From the human T2T-CHM13v2.0 reference genome, Homo sapiens: a DNA stretch of 64,000 nt. The DNA lies in contig CP086569.2 of NCBI GenBank assembly GCA_009914755.4, forward strand, positions 20,160,001 to 20,224,000, given 5' to 3'. Position numbers and translations under genes: made by a program. The notes under the pieces are model-generated. The model worked only from the letters and a program-made list of their open reading frames with translations. It ran no database searches and had not been told where the DNA came from. Shown here in pieces: positions 30,170-43,239 of this stretch. Position 1 is the stretch's first letter, and every line of letters starts with the position of its first letter.

Positions 30170-30500
30170 GGTGCAGGCCAGGTAGAAACCCCATCTGAGT
30201 AATAAAACATTAGGGTGAGATGGCCAGTTACTTTGCATGCTATGCAAATATCACACCTGGTTTGACAAATCTACTGGTTCCTATATAAATCACACACCAC
30301 CTCTTCAAGCTCATCTATAAAACCCTGTGCATTTCACCATGAAATCAGAAGAGTTGTTCCGGTGACCCTCTCTCTCTCTGAGATGGAGAACTATTCTCTT
30401 TTCTTATTCTTTTGCCGATTAAACCTTCACTCTTAAACTCATGTTTTGTGTATTTGTGTCTTTGACTTCCTTGGCATGAGAAAACAAAACTCAGGTGTTT
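30170..30500 (+). repeat. Candidate solo LTR (unclassified ERV1-like LTR)
   Basis: TATA-like 'tatataaatcacacacc' and 'ctataaaaccctgtgcatttcacc', then an R/U5-like 'ttgccgattaaaccttcactcttaaactcatgttttgtgtatttgtgtctttgacttccttggc'. Terminal dinucleotides are not confirmed. Weak call. Confidence 0.3.
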
Positions 30501-30835
30501 ACCCCAGATAATAATGACACCTGAAGTCCAACCGAGGAAGTTTCTCCTAAGAAGAAGATGACATCACTGGCATAGACATCTTTCTTATAAGATGATAAAC
30601 CGTGACTTCTCTGCTACTATTAGATTTTAGCTTTTAGATTTTCCCTTGCTTATGGCTCTATAAACAACAGAAATAAAAACAAGTCTTGTGTACTCATGGG
30701 GTGTATTTTTTATGTAGAGGATTCTGCAGCCAACCATGCATTGATAGATGAAAAATGAAGAGTCAACATGAGTGAGAAATTTTAATGGGATATGTGTTGT
30801 TTTATAATGTCAGAAACACAACACTGGGCCACCTC

Positions 30836-31138
<303 letters not shown>

Positions 31139-32333
31139 TGAGCCAGTTCTCTTAATCTACTGCATAGGTTAAGGAGAACATTGCAGGCATAGGTTAAAGA
31201 GCATTTCCAGGATGTCTTCACTCTTCTTAATGGATATAAATTATTATGTGTTTGTTTTCATGCTTTACAGTAAATCAAAAAGTTATTCATCATAATAGGT
31301 TCTATAAAAGATTCTACTGTAAAGGCTATGGTTACACAATAGACTTTAATTTTTTTTGCAAAAGTTTTACCAAATAATATAATTTGTCTAGATTACTTAC
31401 TGAATAAGCAGAGAAGTATCTGTGCAGTTGCTTACAGCTGCAGTTACACATAAAGGAATACATTGGGTATTATGGACATTTAGTTGCAGGGAATTAATGA
31501 ACGGGCTGCTTAGATGAAATGAGTGGACACATTGCCTATCTTATTCTTTAGACTAGGTTCCAAAAGATCAATCCATTCCAAAATTGAGTCAATTATGCTA
31601 AATACAGTGTAATCAAAATGAAAGTTTAAGGACATAAAAACAAAAACAAACCATGTATTTCTTATTTTCTATAAAAATTAGATTTCAACACAAGGAGGTC
31701 ACTCTATTTAATTGTTTTAAAGAATACTAAGGTGAAGTTTGTCCTCAATTTACAAAACCCACAGTTCTGCAATTTTACAGTGTGATTTGAGATCAAGTAA
31801 GCATAAATACTATGGAGACAGAGTAATATCAATGACTGAAGTTTGGGTCTACCTATCAAAATTGAGATGACCAAGGGAAATAAATTTTTTAATTATGCTG
31901 TACCTAAATCTGCCTCCTAACATGTTTAATTTTAGAAAATTGTTTTTGTGCACAGTAAACTATAACTGAACGTGTTGTCCATTGAATAAAATGGTGGGAC
32001 CAGTAATAATCATGTTGGGAGATTTATTTGCCAAAGGACATGTCCAGAAGACAACTCTATGACATTCCCCAAGGACAATTTTGAGTACTCCAAATTTGAA
32101 GGGAAAAATGCAGGATATTGAGAAACACACAGCTTTCACTAAGATGAAAAAGGGCAGAGAAAAATATGAGGAATCTACATTTTACATAAGATGACACAGA
32201 CAAAATGGGGTAGGGAAACAATCAGTTACACATTTGTGTCTGGCGCCCCAGGGTGACTGCACATGTAAAGAAAAGCTATCAATTTGCATTGCCATGGTAA
32301 AGTTTTAAGAGCTCATCAGAAATTTTCTTGTGG

Positions 32334-32343
32334 GAAAACTATG
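32334..32343. repeat. Target-site duplication (left copy) of the twin-primed L1: 'gaaaactatg'
   Basis: Exact 10-mer also at 35499-35508. The uninterrupted homologous site in the other LTR (about 46845-46860) reads 'gtgggaaaaataagg', confirming that the L1 is the inserted element. Confidence 0.8.
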
Positions 32344-35300
32344 TCATCTGCAAACAGGGACAATTTGACTTCCTCTTTTCCTAATTGAATGCCCTTTATT
32401 TCCTTCTCCTGCCTGATTGCCCTGGCCAGAACTTCCAACTCTATGTTGAATAGAAGTGGGAAGAGATGGCATCCCTGTCTTGTGCCAGTTTTCAAAGGGA
32501 ATGCTTCCAGTTTTGTCCATTCGGTATGATATTGGCTGTGGGTTTGTCATAGATAGCTCTTATTATTTTGAGATACCTCCCATGAATACATAATTTATTG
32601 AGAGTTTTTAGCATGAAGCGTTGTTGAATTTTGTCAAAGGACTTTTCTGCATCTACTGAGATAATCCTGTGGTTTTTGTCTTTGGTTCTGTTTATATACT
32701 GGATTACGTTTATTGATTTCCGTATGTTGAACCAGCCTTGAATCCCAGGGATGAAGCCCACTTGATCATGGTGGATAAGCTTTTTGATGTATTGCTGGAT
32801 TCAGTTTGCTAGTATTTTACTGAGGATTTTTGCATCAATGTTCATCAAGGATATTGGTCTAAAATTCTCTTTTTTTGTTGTGTCTCTGCCTGGCTTTGGT
32901 ATCAGAATGATGCTGGCCTCATAAAATGAGTTAGGGAGGTTTCCCTCTTTTCTATTGATTGGAATAGTTTCAGAAGGAATGGTACCAGCTGCTCCTTTTA
33001 CCTCTGGTAGAATTCGGCTGTGAATCCATCTTGTCCTGGACTTTTTTTTGGTTGGTAAGCTATCAATTATTGCCTCAATTTCAGAAGGTGTTATTGGTCT
33101 ATTCAGAGATTCAACTTCTCCCTGGTTTAGTCTTGGGAGAGTGTATGTGTAGAGGAATTTACCCATTTCTTCTAGATTTTCTACTTTATTTGCATAGAGT
33201 TGTTTATAGTATTCTCTCATGGTAGTTTGTATTTCTGTGGGATCGGTGGTGATATCCTCTTTATCAGTTTTTATTGCATCTATTTGATTCTTCTCTCTTT
33301 TCTTCTTTATTAGTCTTGCTAGCGGTCTATCAATTTTGTTGATATTTTCAAAAAACCAGCTTCTGGATTCATTGATTTTTTGAAGGTTTTTTGGTGCCTC
33401 TGTCTCCTTCAATTCCGCTCTGATCTTAGTTATTTCTTGCCTTCTGCTAGCTTTTGAATGTCTGCCTTTGCTTCTCTAGTTCTTTTAATCGTGATGTTAG
33501 GGTGTCAATTTTAGATCTTTTCTGCTTTCTGTTGTCAGCATTTAGTGCTATAAATTTCCCTCTTCACACTCTCCTTAAGCAGATAAGCAACTTTAGCAAA
33601 GTCTCAGGATAGAAAACCAATGTGCAAAAATCACAAGCATTCTTATATGCCAATAACAGACAAATAGAGAGCTAAATCATGAGTGAACTCCCATTCACAA
33701 TTGCTTCAAATATAATAAAATACCTAGGAATCTGACTTACAAGGGATGTGAAGGACTTCTTCAAGGAGAACTGCAAACCAATACTCAATGAAATAAAAGA
33801 GGATACAAACAAATGGAAGAACTTTCCATTTTCATGGGTAGGGAGAATCAATATCGTGAAAATGGCCATACTGCCCAAGGTAATTTATAGATTCAATGCC
33901 ATCCCCATCAAGCTAACAATGACTTTCTTCACAGAATTGGAAAAACTACTTTAAAGTTCATATGGAACCAAAAAAAAGCCCGCATTGCCAAGTCAATCCT
34001 AAGCCAAAAGAACAAACCTGGAGGCATCAGGCTACCTGACTTCAAATTATACTACAAGGCTACAGTAAACAAAACAGCATCCTACTGGTACCAAAACAGA
34101 TATATAGACCAATGGAACAGAGCAGAGTCCTCAGAAATAAGGCCGCTTATCTACAGCTATCTAACCTTTGACAAACCTGACAAAAACAAGAAATGGGGAA
34201 AGGATTCCCTATTTAATAAATGGCACTGGGAAAACTGGCTAGCCATATGTAGAAAGCTGAAATTGGATCCCTTCCTTACATCTTATACAAAAATTAATTC
34301 ACGATGGATTAAAGACTTACATATTAGACCTAAAACCATAAAAACCCTAGGAGAAAACATAGGCAATACTATTCAGGCCATAGGCATGGGCAAGAACTTC
34401 ATGTCCAAAACATCAAAAGCAATGGCAACAAAAGCCAAAACTGACAAATGGAATCTAATTAAACTAAAGAGCTTCTGCACAGTGAAAGAAACCACCATCA
34501 GAGTGAACAGGCAACCTAAAGAATGGGAGAAAATTTTTGCAATCTACTAATCTGACAAAGGGCTAATATCCAGAATCTACAATGAACTCAAACAAATTTA
34601 CAAGAAAAAACAAACAACCCCATGAAAAAGTGGGTGAAGGATATGAATAGACACTTCTCAAAAGAAGACAGTTATGCACCAAAAAACACATGAAAAATGC
34701 TCATCATCACTGGCCATCAGAGAAATGCAAATCAAAACCACAATGAGATACCATCTCACACCAGTTAGAATGGCAATCATTAAAAAGTCAGGAAACAACA
34801 GGTGCTGGAGAGGATGTGGAGAAATAGGAACACTTTTACACTGTTGATGGGACTGTAAACTAGTTCAACCATTGTGGAAGTCAGTGTGGTGATTCCTCAG
34901 TGATCTAGAACTAGAAATACCATTTGACCCAGCCATCCCATTACTGGGTATATATCCAAAGAATTATAAATCATGCTCCTATAAAGACACATGCACACAT
35001 GTGTTTATTGCGGCACTATTCACAATAGCAAAGACTTGGAACCAACCCAAATGTCCAACAATGATAGACTGGATTAAGAAAATGTGGCACATTTACACCA
35101 TGGAATATTATGCAGCCATAAAAAATGATGAGTTCTTGTCCTTTATAAGGACGTGGATGAAGCTGGAAATTATCATTCTCAGCAAACTATCGCAAGGACA
35201 AAAAACCAAACCCCACATGTTCTTACTCATAGTTGGGAATTGAACAATGAGAACACATGGACACAGGAAGGGAACATCACACACTGGGGACTGTTGTGGG

Positions 35301-35498
35301 GTGGGGAGAGGGGGGAGGGATAGCATTAGGTGATATACCTAATGCTAAATGATGAGTTAATGGGTGCAGCACACCAACGAGGCACATGTATACATATGTA
35401 ACAAACCTGCACGTTGTGCACATGTACCCTAAAATTTAAAGTACAATAATAATAAAATAAATAGATAAATAATAAATAAAAATAAAAAATTGAAAAAA
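32344..35498 (+). mobile_element. L1 insertion with a 5' inversion (twin-priming structure), inserted in the 3' LTR of the ERV1. The inverted ORF2 segment is 32344-33570, the direct ORF2-3'UTR-poly(A) segment is 33571-35498
   Basis: The left segment is reverse-complemented ORF2, starting 'atgtcatctgcaaacagggacaatttgacttcctcttttcctaattgaat' and ending '...gcatttagtgctataaatttccctcttcacact'. The right segment is direct ORF2, running from 'ctccttaagcagataagcaactttagcaaagtctcaggata...' through the ORF2 C-terminus and the 3'UTR '...ccctaaaatttaaagtacaataataataaaataaatag...' to an A-rich tail. The breakpoints in L1 coordinates are adjacent (about 50 bp gap), as expected for twin priming. The 10-bp TSD 'gaaaactatg' sits at 32334-32343 and 35499-35508. 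Confidence 0.88.
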
Positions 35499-35508
35499 GA
35501 AAACTATG
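35499..35508. repeat. Target-site duplication (right copy) of the twin-primed L1: 'gaaaactatg'
   Basis: See left copy. Confidence 0.8.
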
Positions 35509-35967
35509 AAGAAGGTGTGTAGCCTTTCATCGATGTAACCACCTTATTTAGGAACCAAAATGGGGAGACAGATTTGCATGTCCCAGTTTCTAGCTTGACT
35601 TTTTGGTTTGGCTTAATGAATATGGGGCCCCAAAATTAAATTTTCATTCACTTTTTTGTTTGTTTGTTTTTAAAAATCCTTTGGGTAAAAGCATTTTATA
35701 AAGAAATACGTGTTTCTGGCCTCAGGTTGATTTTTTCTCCCTTTTTATTTTCCTGCTGCTTTCTCATTGCAAGGAGGGTTTATTCCTGTAAGTTTAGGGC
35801 CTACATCCCTAGGAATGCTCATTCCTAGGAGGTCATATTTCACTATCCTATGAGGGTTCATTATTAGGAAGTCTTTCACAAGTCACTAGAAAGACTCATT
35901 CCAAGGAAGTCATGTTCTATGAAGATAAAAATGGGGGAAGAAAGTAGAGAAAAAGAGAAAATATTGT

Positions 35968-36080
35968 GTGTGTGTATATATATGTATGTGTATATTTATA
36001 TACACATATATACACACATATACATGTATATGTATATGTGTGTATGTGTATATTTATAGGTATATATATATATATATGGA
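35968..36080. repeat. Compound (TG)n/(TA)n/(CA)n microsatellite at the U3-proximal end of the ERV1 3' LTR
   Basis: 'gtgtgtgtgtatatatatgtatgtgtatatttatatacacatatatacacacatatacatgtatatgtatatgtgtgtatgtgtatatttataggtatatatatatatatat'. Confidence 0.9.
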
Positions 36081-36239
36081 CTTAGGCAAGATTTACAGCA
36101 ATAAAAGGAAAGAAAAACTGGGAGCTAAATCAGGCTATATTACTATATGCTCAATTAGAGCAATTCTCTGGGCAATTATTACCTTAGCCTTTTCCTTACT
36201 TACAACATGTACCATAAAAATATTGTAAGAAAAACAGGG

Positions 36240-39200
36240 CAGAAGACAAATTGTTATCACTACTATGCCTACTATAAGCAATAATTTCTGCTACCAATTT
36301 CCACAGGATTCAAACCGACCATACAACCATTAGATTAGTGAGGGTTTTGGCTCTAACAGGGTGGACCTTCACCATTATAAAAACTGGCTGTTATGTGTAT
36401 ATTCCAGGTGAATTGAAGAACATAACCAGACTTATGACTGATGTTGAAATTCAGAAAACATGGTTTGCATGCTTTCAGTTGGGTTAAAGATTTTCCCTGC
36501 AGGCAAGCAATAGCCATGGCAGTTAAAAAAATTCATTTTTATTTCATAAGGAGACAGTTGATGTTTTCCAAAAGGGGTGGATTGGAATGTAAGCACCATT
36601 AGGGAGAGTGCTTTGAACCAGGGGAGGTGAAACACCTCCATGAACTTAGCCAATTATGTTTTGATTATTCCCTTTGTCCTCACCACTATGCCTGAGGATT
36701 GGGTATTGTAGGGACAATGGAAATGTTGAAATATGTCCAAATATTACAAATATTTTGACTAAGCTGGCCAGTAAAGTAAGTTCCCCATCACTGCGAAGTT
36801 CACAGGGGACTCCCCATGGTGGGATAATTTTTTCTTGTAGAATTTTTCTAACTGCCATGGCTACTGCTTGCCTGCAGGGAAAAGCTTTAACCCAGTGGAA
36901 AACATGCAAATAATTACTAAAACATACTTGTAACCTTAAGATAATAGCAGCTGGATAAAATCAAGCTGTGATACCTCAGAAAGTTTAGCCACAAAAGGAA
37001 ATTGACCCTGGGACCCTGGAGGAGCTTTCCTGGGCTATATTTGCGATGAATAACACATCAAAATTAAATCTTTCATGTCACTGTAAAGAATGGTTTTCAG
37101 TGACATTGTTTACATCAGGATAGGATATCATTTTATTTGGATTCTAATGGGATAATGAACATATTCCATAAAGAGCACCTGACATCCCTGTGGAATGTTT
37201 ATTATTAGGTACACATTATATTTCAATTTTGAAAGAAAAGTATCCCCTGCCTGTTTCCAAGTAGATTTCTCTTTTTTAGGAGTTATTCTCTGGGTTCCTT
37301 TCAACATGTTTATAAGTGTTTTAGGTTTTATGGCCATTTCCCAATTTGGAGCTGGTGGCTTGATTGCTGCTGTTTTAGCTGTAGCATCAGCCAATTGGTT
37401 ACCCTGACTTTCTGTGTTGTCTGATTATAAGTGACCTGAAATTTTTATAATGCCACACATTTTGGCCTTAGAATACCTTCTAACAGGTCTGATACTTTTC
37501 CATTTTTTATGGTTTGCCCTGAAACGGGTAAATATTCTGTCTCTTTTTAAAGCATTCCAAAGCCATCAGCAACCTCAAAGGCACAGCAGCTGTCAGTGTA
37601 AATGTTTGCAGTCTTTTCTTATGCCAATTGACAAGCTCAGGTCAGGGCAATCAGTTCAGCCCCTATAGCTGATCTGGCTTAAAGAAAAGGATGGATTTCA
37701 TTTACCTGTAGAAATGAAACCACAGCATATCCTGCTCTAAAATTTTCATCTTCTTTTCTTAAATAACACCCATCTGTATACCATTCTATCTCAACATTAT
37801 TCGGTGGTGTCTTTTGTAGGTCTGCCTTGGGGGATGAGAACTCAGTCAGTTATCAGAGCAGAGTTATGGGGCTTTGTCTGATAGGTCCAGCAAGAGAGTG
37901 GCCAACTTAAGATTGTAACAGTGGAAAATAGTAATATTAGGAGATGATAGCCAAATTTTATAAGACACTAACCAGTTGATGAAAAGATGTTGACTATGAT
38001 GAGATTAGAAGAGTCTCAAGAGAATGTGGCACAAAAATGTTAAGCAGGAAACCCATAATTATTTTTTCCACAGGCTTGTACAGAAGGGCTGTGGCTGCTA
38101 TTACTGTCACACAAGGAGTCAATTCTCAATCGATAGGGTCCATCTGTTGACTATAATAGTGTACTGGTCTCTGAAGATCACCGTGTTTCTGGGTCAGTAA
38201 CCTGGATGCAGTATCTCCAGTTTCTTGTATAAAAAGGGAGAAAGGTTATTTGTCATTTGGGTGCCCTGAGGCTGGGCCATAATTTGAGTTCTTTTCATTT
38301 ATTGTACTGCTGATTATCCTTATAGGGTACACATGATGGAATGAAGCTGACCATTTTTAGATATGCATTCAAAAGTTTAACCATGAGGAAGAAATTTGAC
38401 GTTCAGTTTCTGCAATAGCCTACCAGGCCCCCAAATTCTCTAAGTTGTTTCTTAGTGACAGTCATTAAGAAAGCTAAAATTCCTTTCACTCTGTCAGAGT
38501 TTACACTCAGTTCTTTGGCTGAGATAATACATCCCAAATATTTAACTTGCATTAAGCATAGCTGAAGTTTGTCTGTGATACTTTGGTTCTCTTGTTGGCT
38601 AACTGAACAAATATAAACTATCTTACTAAGAGAAAGATAATGAGTCTGAATAAAGGAGGAAGTAATCTATGTATTGAGTCCTGGGGAAAAATTCAATCCT
38701 TAATATTTGGGAAAAGTAAGTGGGACCTTCTGTATACCCTTGGGGCATTATCATTTATATATATAGCCATTGTTTCCAAATAAAGGAAAACAAAGACTGG
38801 ATGGATAGATCTACAGGGATACAAAAAAAAAAAAAAAAAAAGTCACTGAGGCGATCCACAACTGAGAAATAGTGAATCGCAGTTGTTATAAGTGATAGAA
38901 GGGTATGGGTTTGGGGACTATTGGGTGCCTGAGTATTATGGTATTGTTTATTGCCCTCAAGTCCTGCACAAATCTTCATCCTCTTCCACTTGATTTCTTT
39001 ACTGTGAATATAGGACTGTTGCAGGGACTTGTGCAGTGAAAAATAAGCCCCCTTTTTCAGATTATCTTGTATGGTAGGGGCAGTTCCATCTATGGCTTCA
39101 TGTTGTAGAGGATATTGTTTAAAGTTGGTAGGGATTTCTTTGGTTTTATCCCTGCCTTTTTTGGTGTGGCTAAGAATATTTTCCCTATATCAGTATTTGA

Positions 39201-39590
39201 CTGACCATAAATGGGAGGGAATATCCTTGAGCAAGTCTTCCATTTCTGGTGTTAATGAGAAAATAGGAAAAGCTAAAAGGAGTTTCATAGTTTCTTGTTC
39301 TTGATTGTGATAATTTCCCTTCTCTCCTAATATTTCCTCCTCTATCTTCATTTTATTTTCATAGTCACAAGATGATGTTTTACCATTACTAGTACTAAAT
39401 TGTGGCACATTGTAAGGACATTTTTTAATTTGGTATCTTTGGACCCCTGGCTCTAATTCTAAAAGAGCTTCACCTTTTGATGAAACAGAGATATGGGCAT
39501 TATGAATGTTGAGGAGATCATGATCCAAAATATTGGCAGGGGCCACAGGACACATAACAAACATATGGGACTCACTGAGTGTCACACTTA
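36240..39590 (-). pseudogene. ERV1 pro-pol remnant (protease C-terminus, RT, RNase H, integrase), heavily mutated
   Basis: Minus-strand peptides, by track ORF, all in retroviral order and gammaretrovirus-like. 39190..39585 carries the protease C-terminus and RT N-terminus. 37128..37394 carries the RNase H C-terminal signature '(N)..ADATAKTAAI'. 36646..36909 carries the IN catalytic core. 36432..36653 carries the IN C-terminal part. Confidence 0.6.
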
Positions 39591-40273
39591 GAGCCTGCAG
39601 TTGTGGAACTGGAACCTGATGAAATGATAAGTTATAAGTTTTGACTTAAGACATAAGATCATTTTATTAGACATATCCACCATGTTAATTTCTTTATTGC
39701 TCCATTCATCTTTATATATGTCTTCTGGATTTTTGGGTTCTGATTGTTATGGGTCTGTTGGGAACAGGACCCCCAGAATCTCACCACAAACTGGCCCCAA
39801 AACTGGCCATAAACAAAATTGCTGCAGCATTGTGACATGTTCATGATAGCCATGATGTCCACACTGAAGGTTGCAGGTTTACTGGAAAGAGGGCAAGGAA
39901 TTCCTGGCCCACCCAGGGCAGAAAACTGCTTAAAGGCATTCTTAAACCACAAACAATAGCTGTAAGACCCCTGATTTCCCACTCCACACCTCTATATTTC
40001 TTTGTGTGTGTGTCTAATTCCTTTAGCTCCTTTGGGTTAGTGTCTCCCCAAGTAAACTGGTCTCAGCAAGCAGTGCCCATACATGGGGGCTCGAATCCAG
40101 GCTGAAGGGTCGCTGGAGCGATGGTTGGAGAATGTGGAGCTAAGCTGGAGGACACCAGAATACTCTTAAAGCAATCCCTGTAGTGAGTAAGAAGGGGAGA
40201 TCGGAAGCATCAGGATGACAATAGGGACAAGTGTGAGCTCTGGTTCATTCCACCTTGGAACATTTTCACACTG

Positions 40274-41349
40274 ATGATGAGGGGGGAAAGAGAGTATAAC
40301 CAAGTAACAGAAGAGGTTACAGAGCAGTTTTGTTTGACAGCTAAAGCTAAAGTGGCAAAGGAGGGAGAGGTTCATCCCTACCCTTCTGCACCCCCTCATT
40401 TTTATTTTGAAGAAAAAGTCTTTTCTGACCCTCCAGATCTTTCTTTTCCAGAGGACACTGGGCGAAAAGTAGTTGCCCCAGTTTCTGTTCAAGCAGCGCC
40501 TCTAGCGACCACTCTCAGTTGTATTCAGGCAGGAATTCAGCAAGCTAGATGAGAGGGTGATATAGAGGCTTGGCAGTTCCCTGTTAGAATACACCCCCCA
40601 GATCAACAGGGAAATATTATAGCTACATATGAGCCTTTTCCCTTTAAATTACTCAAGGAATTCAAACAAGCTATTAATAAGTATGGACCAGGTTCTCCTT
40701 TTATAATGGGACTGTTAAAGAATGTTGCTATTTCCAGTCAGATGATTACTACTGACTGGGACACTCTTACTTGAGCTTGTCTAACTCCTGCTCAGTACTT
40801 AAAATTTAAAAATTGGTGGGCAGATGAAGCTTTCATTCAGGCTGCTGGCAACACCCAGGCCCAACCTCAAATTAATATAACTGCAGACCAACTTTTGGGG
40901 GTCAGTGGCTGGACTGGTTTAGATCTACAGTCATTATGGAGGATGATGCCATAGAACACCTTAGAGGAGTGTGCATTAGGGCTTGGGAACAAAAAATAAC
41001 TTCAGGTGGAGAATAATAGCCTTCCTTTAGGGCTGTAAAACAGCTGTATAAGTGCTGTAAAAAAGGTGATTGCACATTCAGCTGCTCAGATATAGTGTTG
41101 TGGTTATTACCTTTTGACAATACTAATTTTGACAGCCAGGCTGCTCTGCGACTTATTAGAGGGAAAGCACATTTAATTGATTATATCAAGCCACGTAATG
41201 GTATTGGAGGTAATCTGCATAAGGCTACTCTGCTTGCCCAGGCAATGGCAGGACTGAGAGTGGATAAAGGAAATACTCCACTTCCTGGAGCTTGTTTTAA
41301 CTGTAGGAAGCATGGCCATACTAAAAAAGAACATAGAAATAATCAGTGA
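40274..41349 (+). pseudogene. HERV-K-like gag remnant (MA/CA-like region and a single NC zinc knuckle)
   Basis: Track ORF 41095..41349 carries the NC zinc knuckle 'CFNCRKHGHTKKEH' (C-X2-C-X4-H-X4 read, final position H in the copy). Upstream in other frames are CA-like segments such as '...YEPFPFKLLKEFKQAINKYGPGSPFIMGLLKNVAISSQMITTDWDTL...' and '...ADQLLGVSGWTGLDLQ'. The gag is much shorter than an intact HERV-K gag, so it carries internal deletions. Confidence 0.7.
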
Positions 41350-42338
41350 TTCAGGCCGCCAGATAGGTGAAAAAAGAAAACTGCTGAGCCTGAAATATGT
41401 CCAAAATGTAAAAAAGGAAATCATTGACCTAATCAGTGTCACTCTAAGTTTAATAAAGTTGGGAACCGATTTTGGGAAATGCCATCAGGGGCCCATCCCA
41501 GGCCCCATTCCAAACCGGGGCATTTCCAGCTCTGGCCATTCCCTCACCTTTGTAAAATGTCTGTCTGATCCCACAGCTGATAGTGCTGCAGTAGATTTAT
41601 GCTGCACAAAAGCTGTGAGCCTTCTACCTAGGGAACCCCTGCAAAAGTTCCCAACAGGAGTCTGTGGATCCTTGCCAATGGGGATGATAGGATTACTTCT
41701 AGGACGGTCTAGTTTAAATTTTAAATGGGGTACAAATACATACAGGAGTCATTGATTCAGATTATAATGAGATACTCAAAATGTTATACCTGCTTCTGTT
41801 CCCTGGAATGCTGAGCCAGGAAAGCATATAGCACAGCTCCTGATTGTGCCATATGTGGAAATGGAGAAAAGTGAATTAAACAAATGGGAGGATTTGGAAG
41901 CACAAATAAACAAAGCAAAGCAGCTTATTGGGTAAATCAAATTACTGATGAACATCCTACCCATGAAATAACTATTCAGGAAAGAAATTTAAATATTTGG
42001 TAGATACCAGAGTGGACATTAAAATCATTTCTCTACAGCACTGGCCGTCCACGTTCAACCTGCTCAATTTAACATAGTTGGAGTTGGTAACTCCCCTGAA
42101 GTATGTCAAAGTAGTTATATTTTGCATTATGAAGGGACCTGATGGACACCCTGGGACTATGCAACCAATTATAACTTCTGTACCTATAAATTTATGGGGG
42201 AGAGATTTATTACAACCATGGGGAGCACAAGTTCTAATTCCAGAACAATTATATAGCCCTCAAATTCAACATATGATGCCTGAAATGGAGTATGTCCCTG
42301 GCATGAGACTAGGAAAAAATTTGCAAGGTTTGAAATAA
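41312..42338 (+). pseudogene. HERV-K-like pro region: dUTPase domain plus aspartic protease remnant
   Basis: dUTPase motifs 'DSAAVDLC' (motif 1) and 'GLLLGRSSLNFKWG' (motif 2) lie in ORF 41312..41755. The protease active site is mutated to 'LVDTRVDIKIISLQHWP'. The protease C-terminus 'INLWGRDLLQPWGAQVL' lies in ORF 42078..42338. A dUTPase fused in the pro frame is characteristic of betaretroviruses and the HERV-K supergroup. Confidence 0.8.
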
Positions 42339-42479
42339 CCTCTTCAAGCAGAAAGACAATTTTCCCACCAAGGTTTAGGATATGAGTTTTGATGGTGACT
42401 ATTGTTAAAACTCCAGAACCTACGCCTTTAAAATGGTTAATAGATAAGCCAATTTGGATAGAACAAAGGCCGCTGAGTA

Positions 42480-43207
42480 AATAGAAAGGAGAGGCTTTGG
42501 AGGACTTAAAATTGACTTTTAATAGTCATAGATTTAAAAGACTGTTTCTTTACTATCCCCTTACCTAAGCAAGACTGTGAAAGGTTTGCATTTACAATTC
42601 CTGCAGTAAACAACGTGCAGCATGCTAAGAATTTTCATTTTTTTTGCAGATGGGTCTAGTAATGGTAAAACTTCTTATTCTGGCTCAAAAAGTAAAGTTT
42701 TCCAGATGCTCTATACTTCAGCTCAAAAAGCAGAGCTTGTAGCTGTAATTGAGGTATTGAGTGTTTTTGATATGCCTATTAATTGATTTCTGATTCTTCA
42801 TATGTGGTTCATTCCACACAGCTAATTTAAAATGCTCAGTTACAATTTCATACAGATAAACAACTGATGACAGAAACAAAAATGGGGGAGAAATAGGGAC
42901 TATGGGATAGCCCATACACAACTGAAACTAACATTATTAACTTTAAATGAGCCTGCCCAAAGGCCAGATGTTATCAGCAGCTGAACAGCATCTACAGAAA
43001 CCAGCTGCAAAGACAGAATCAGAACAACTGGTTCAATGGAGATATCCAATAACAAAAAGTTGGGAAATAGGTACAATAATAACTTGGGGTAGAGGTTATG
43101 CTTGTGTTTCTCCAGGCCAACATCAACAGCTGATCTGGATACCATCAAGACACCTGAAACCTTATCATGACCCAGATACCAAGGAAGAGATTCCAGGAGG
43201 ATCCTGA
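42480..43207 (+). pseudogene. HERV-K-like pol remnant: a short RT fragment, then a ~2.5-kb deletion, then the integrase C-terminus
   Basis: RT motif '..[28 protein letters not shown]' around 42520-42620. IN C-terminal peptide in ORF 42947..43207: '...ITWGRGYACVSPGQHQQLIWIPSRHLKPYHDPD'. Only ~0.6 kb separates the protease end from the IN C-terminus, so most of RT, RNase H and IN is missing. Confidence 0.65.
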
Positions 43208-43239
43208 GACCCTGTGGTTGCAGCCATGTTGAGGGTGAT

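Noticed and set aside
36432-36909. Minus-strand ORFs 'MHVFHWVKAFPCRQAVAMAVRKILQEKIIPPWGVP...' and 'MAKFMEVFHLPWFKALSLMVLTFQSTPFGKHQLSPYEI' as candidate host genes
   Set aside because: Clear retroviral integrase core and C-terminal motifs, contiguous with RNase H and RT motifs upstream on the same strand. They are part of the ERV1 pol pseudogene.
40075-40100. PBS-like 'tgggggctcgaatccagg' as a possible tRNA gene fragment
   Set aside because: Only an 18-nt primer-binding-site-like match in the expected place after a 5' LTR. No surrounding tRNA cloverleaf sequence.
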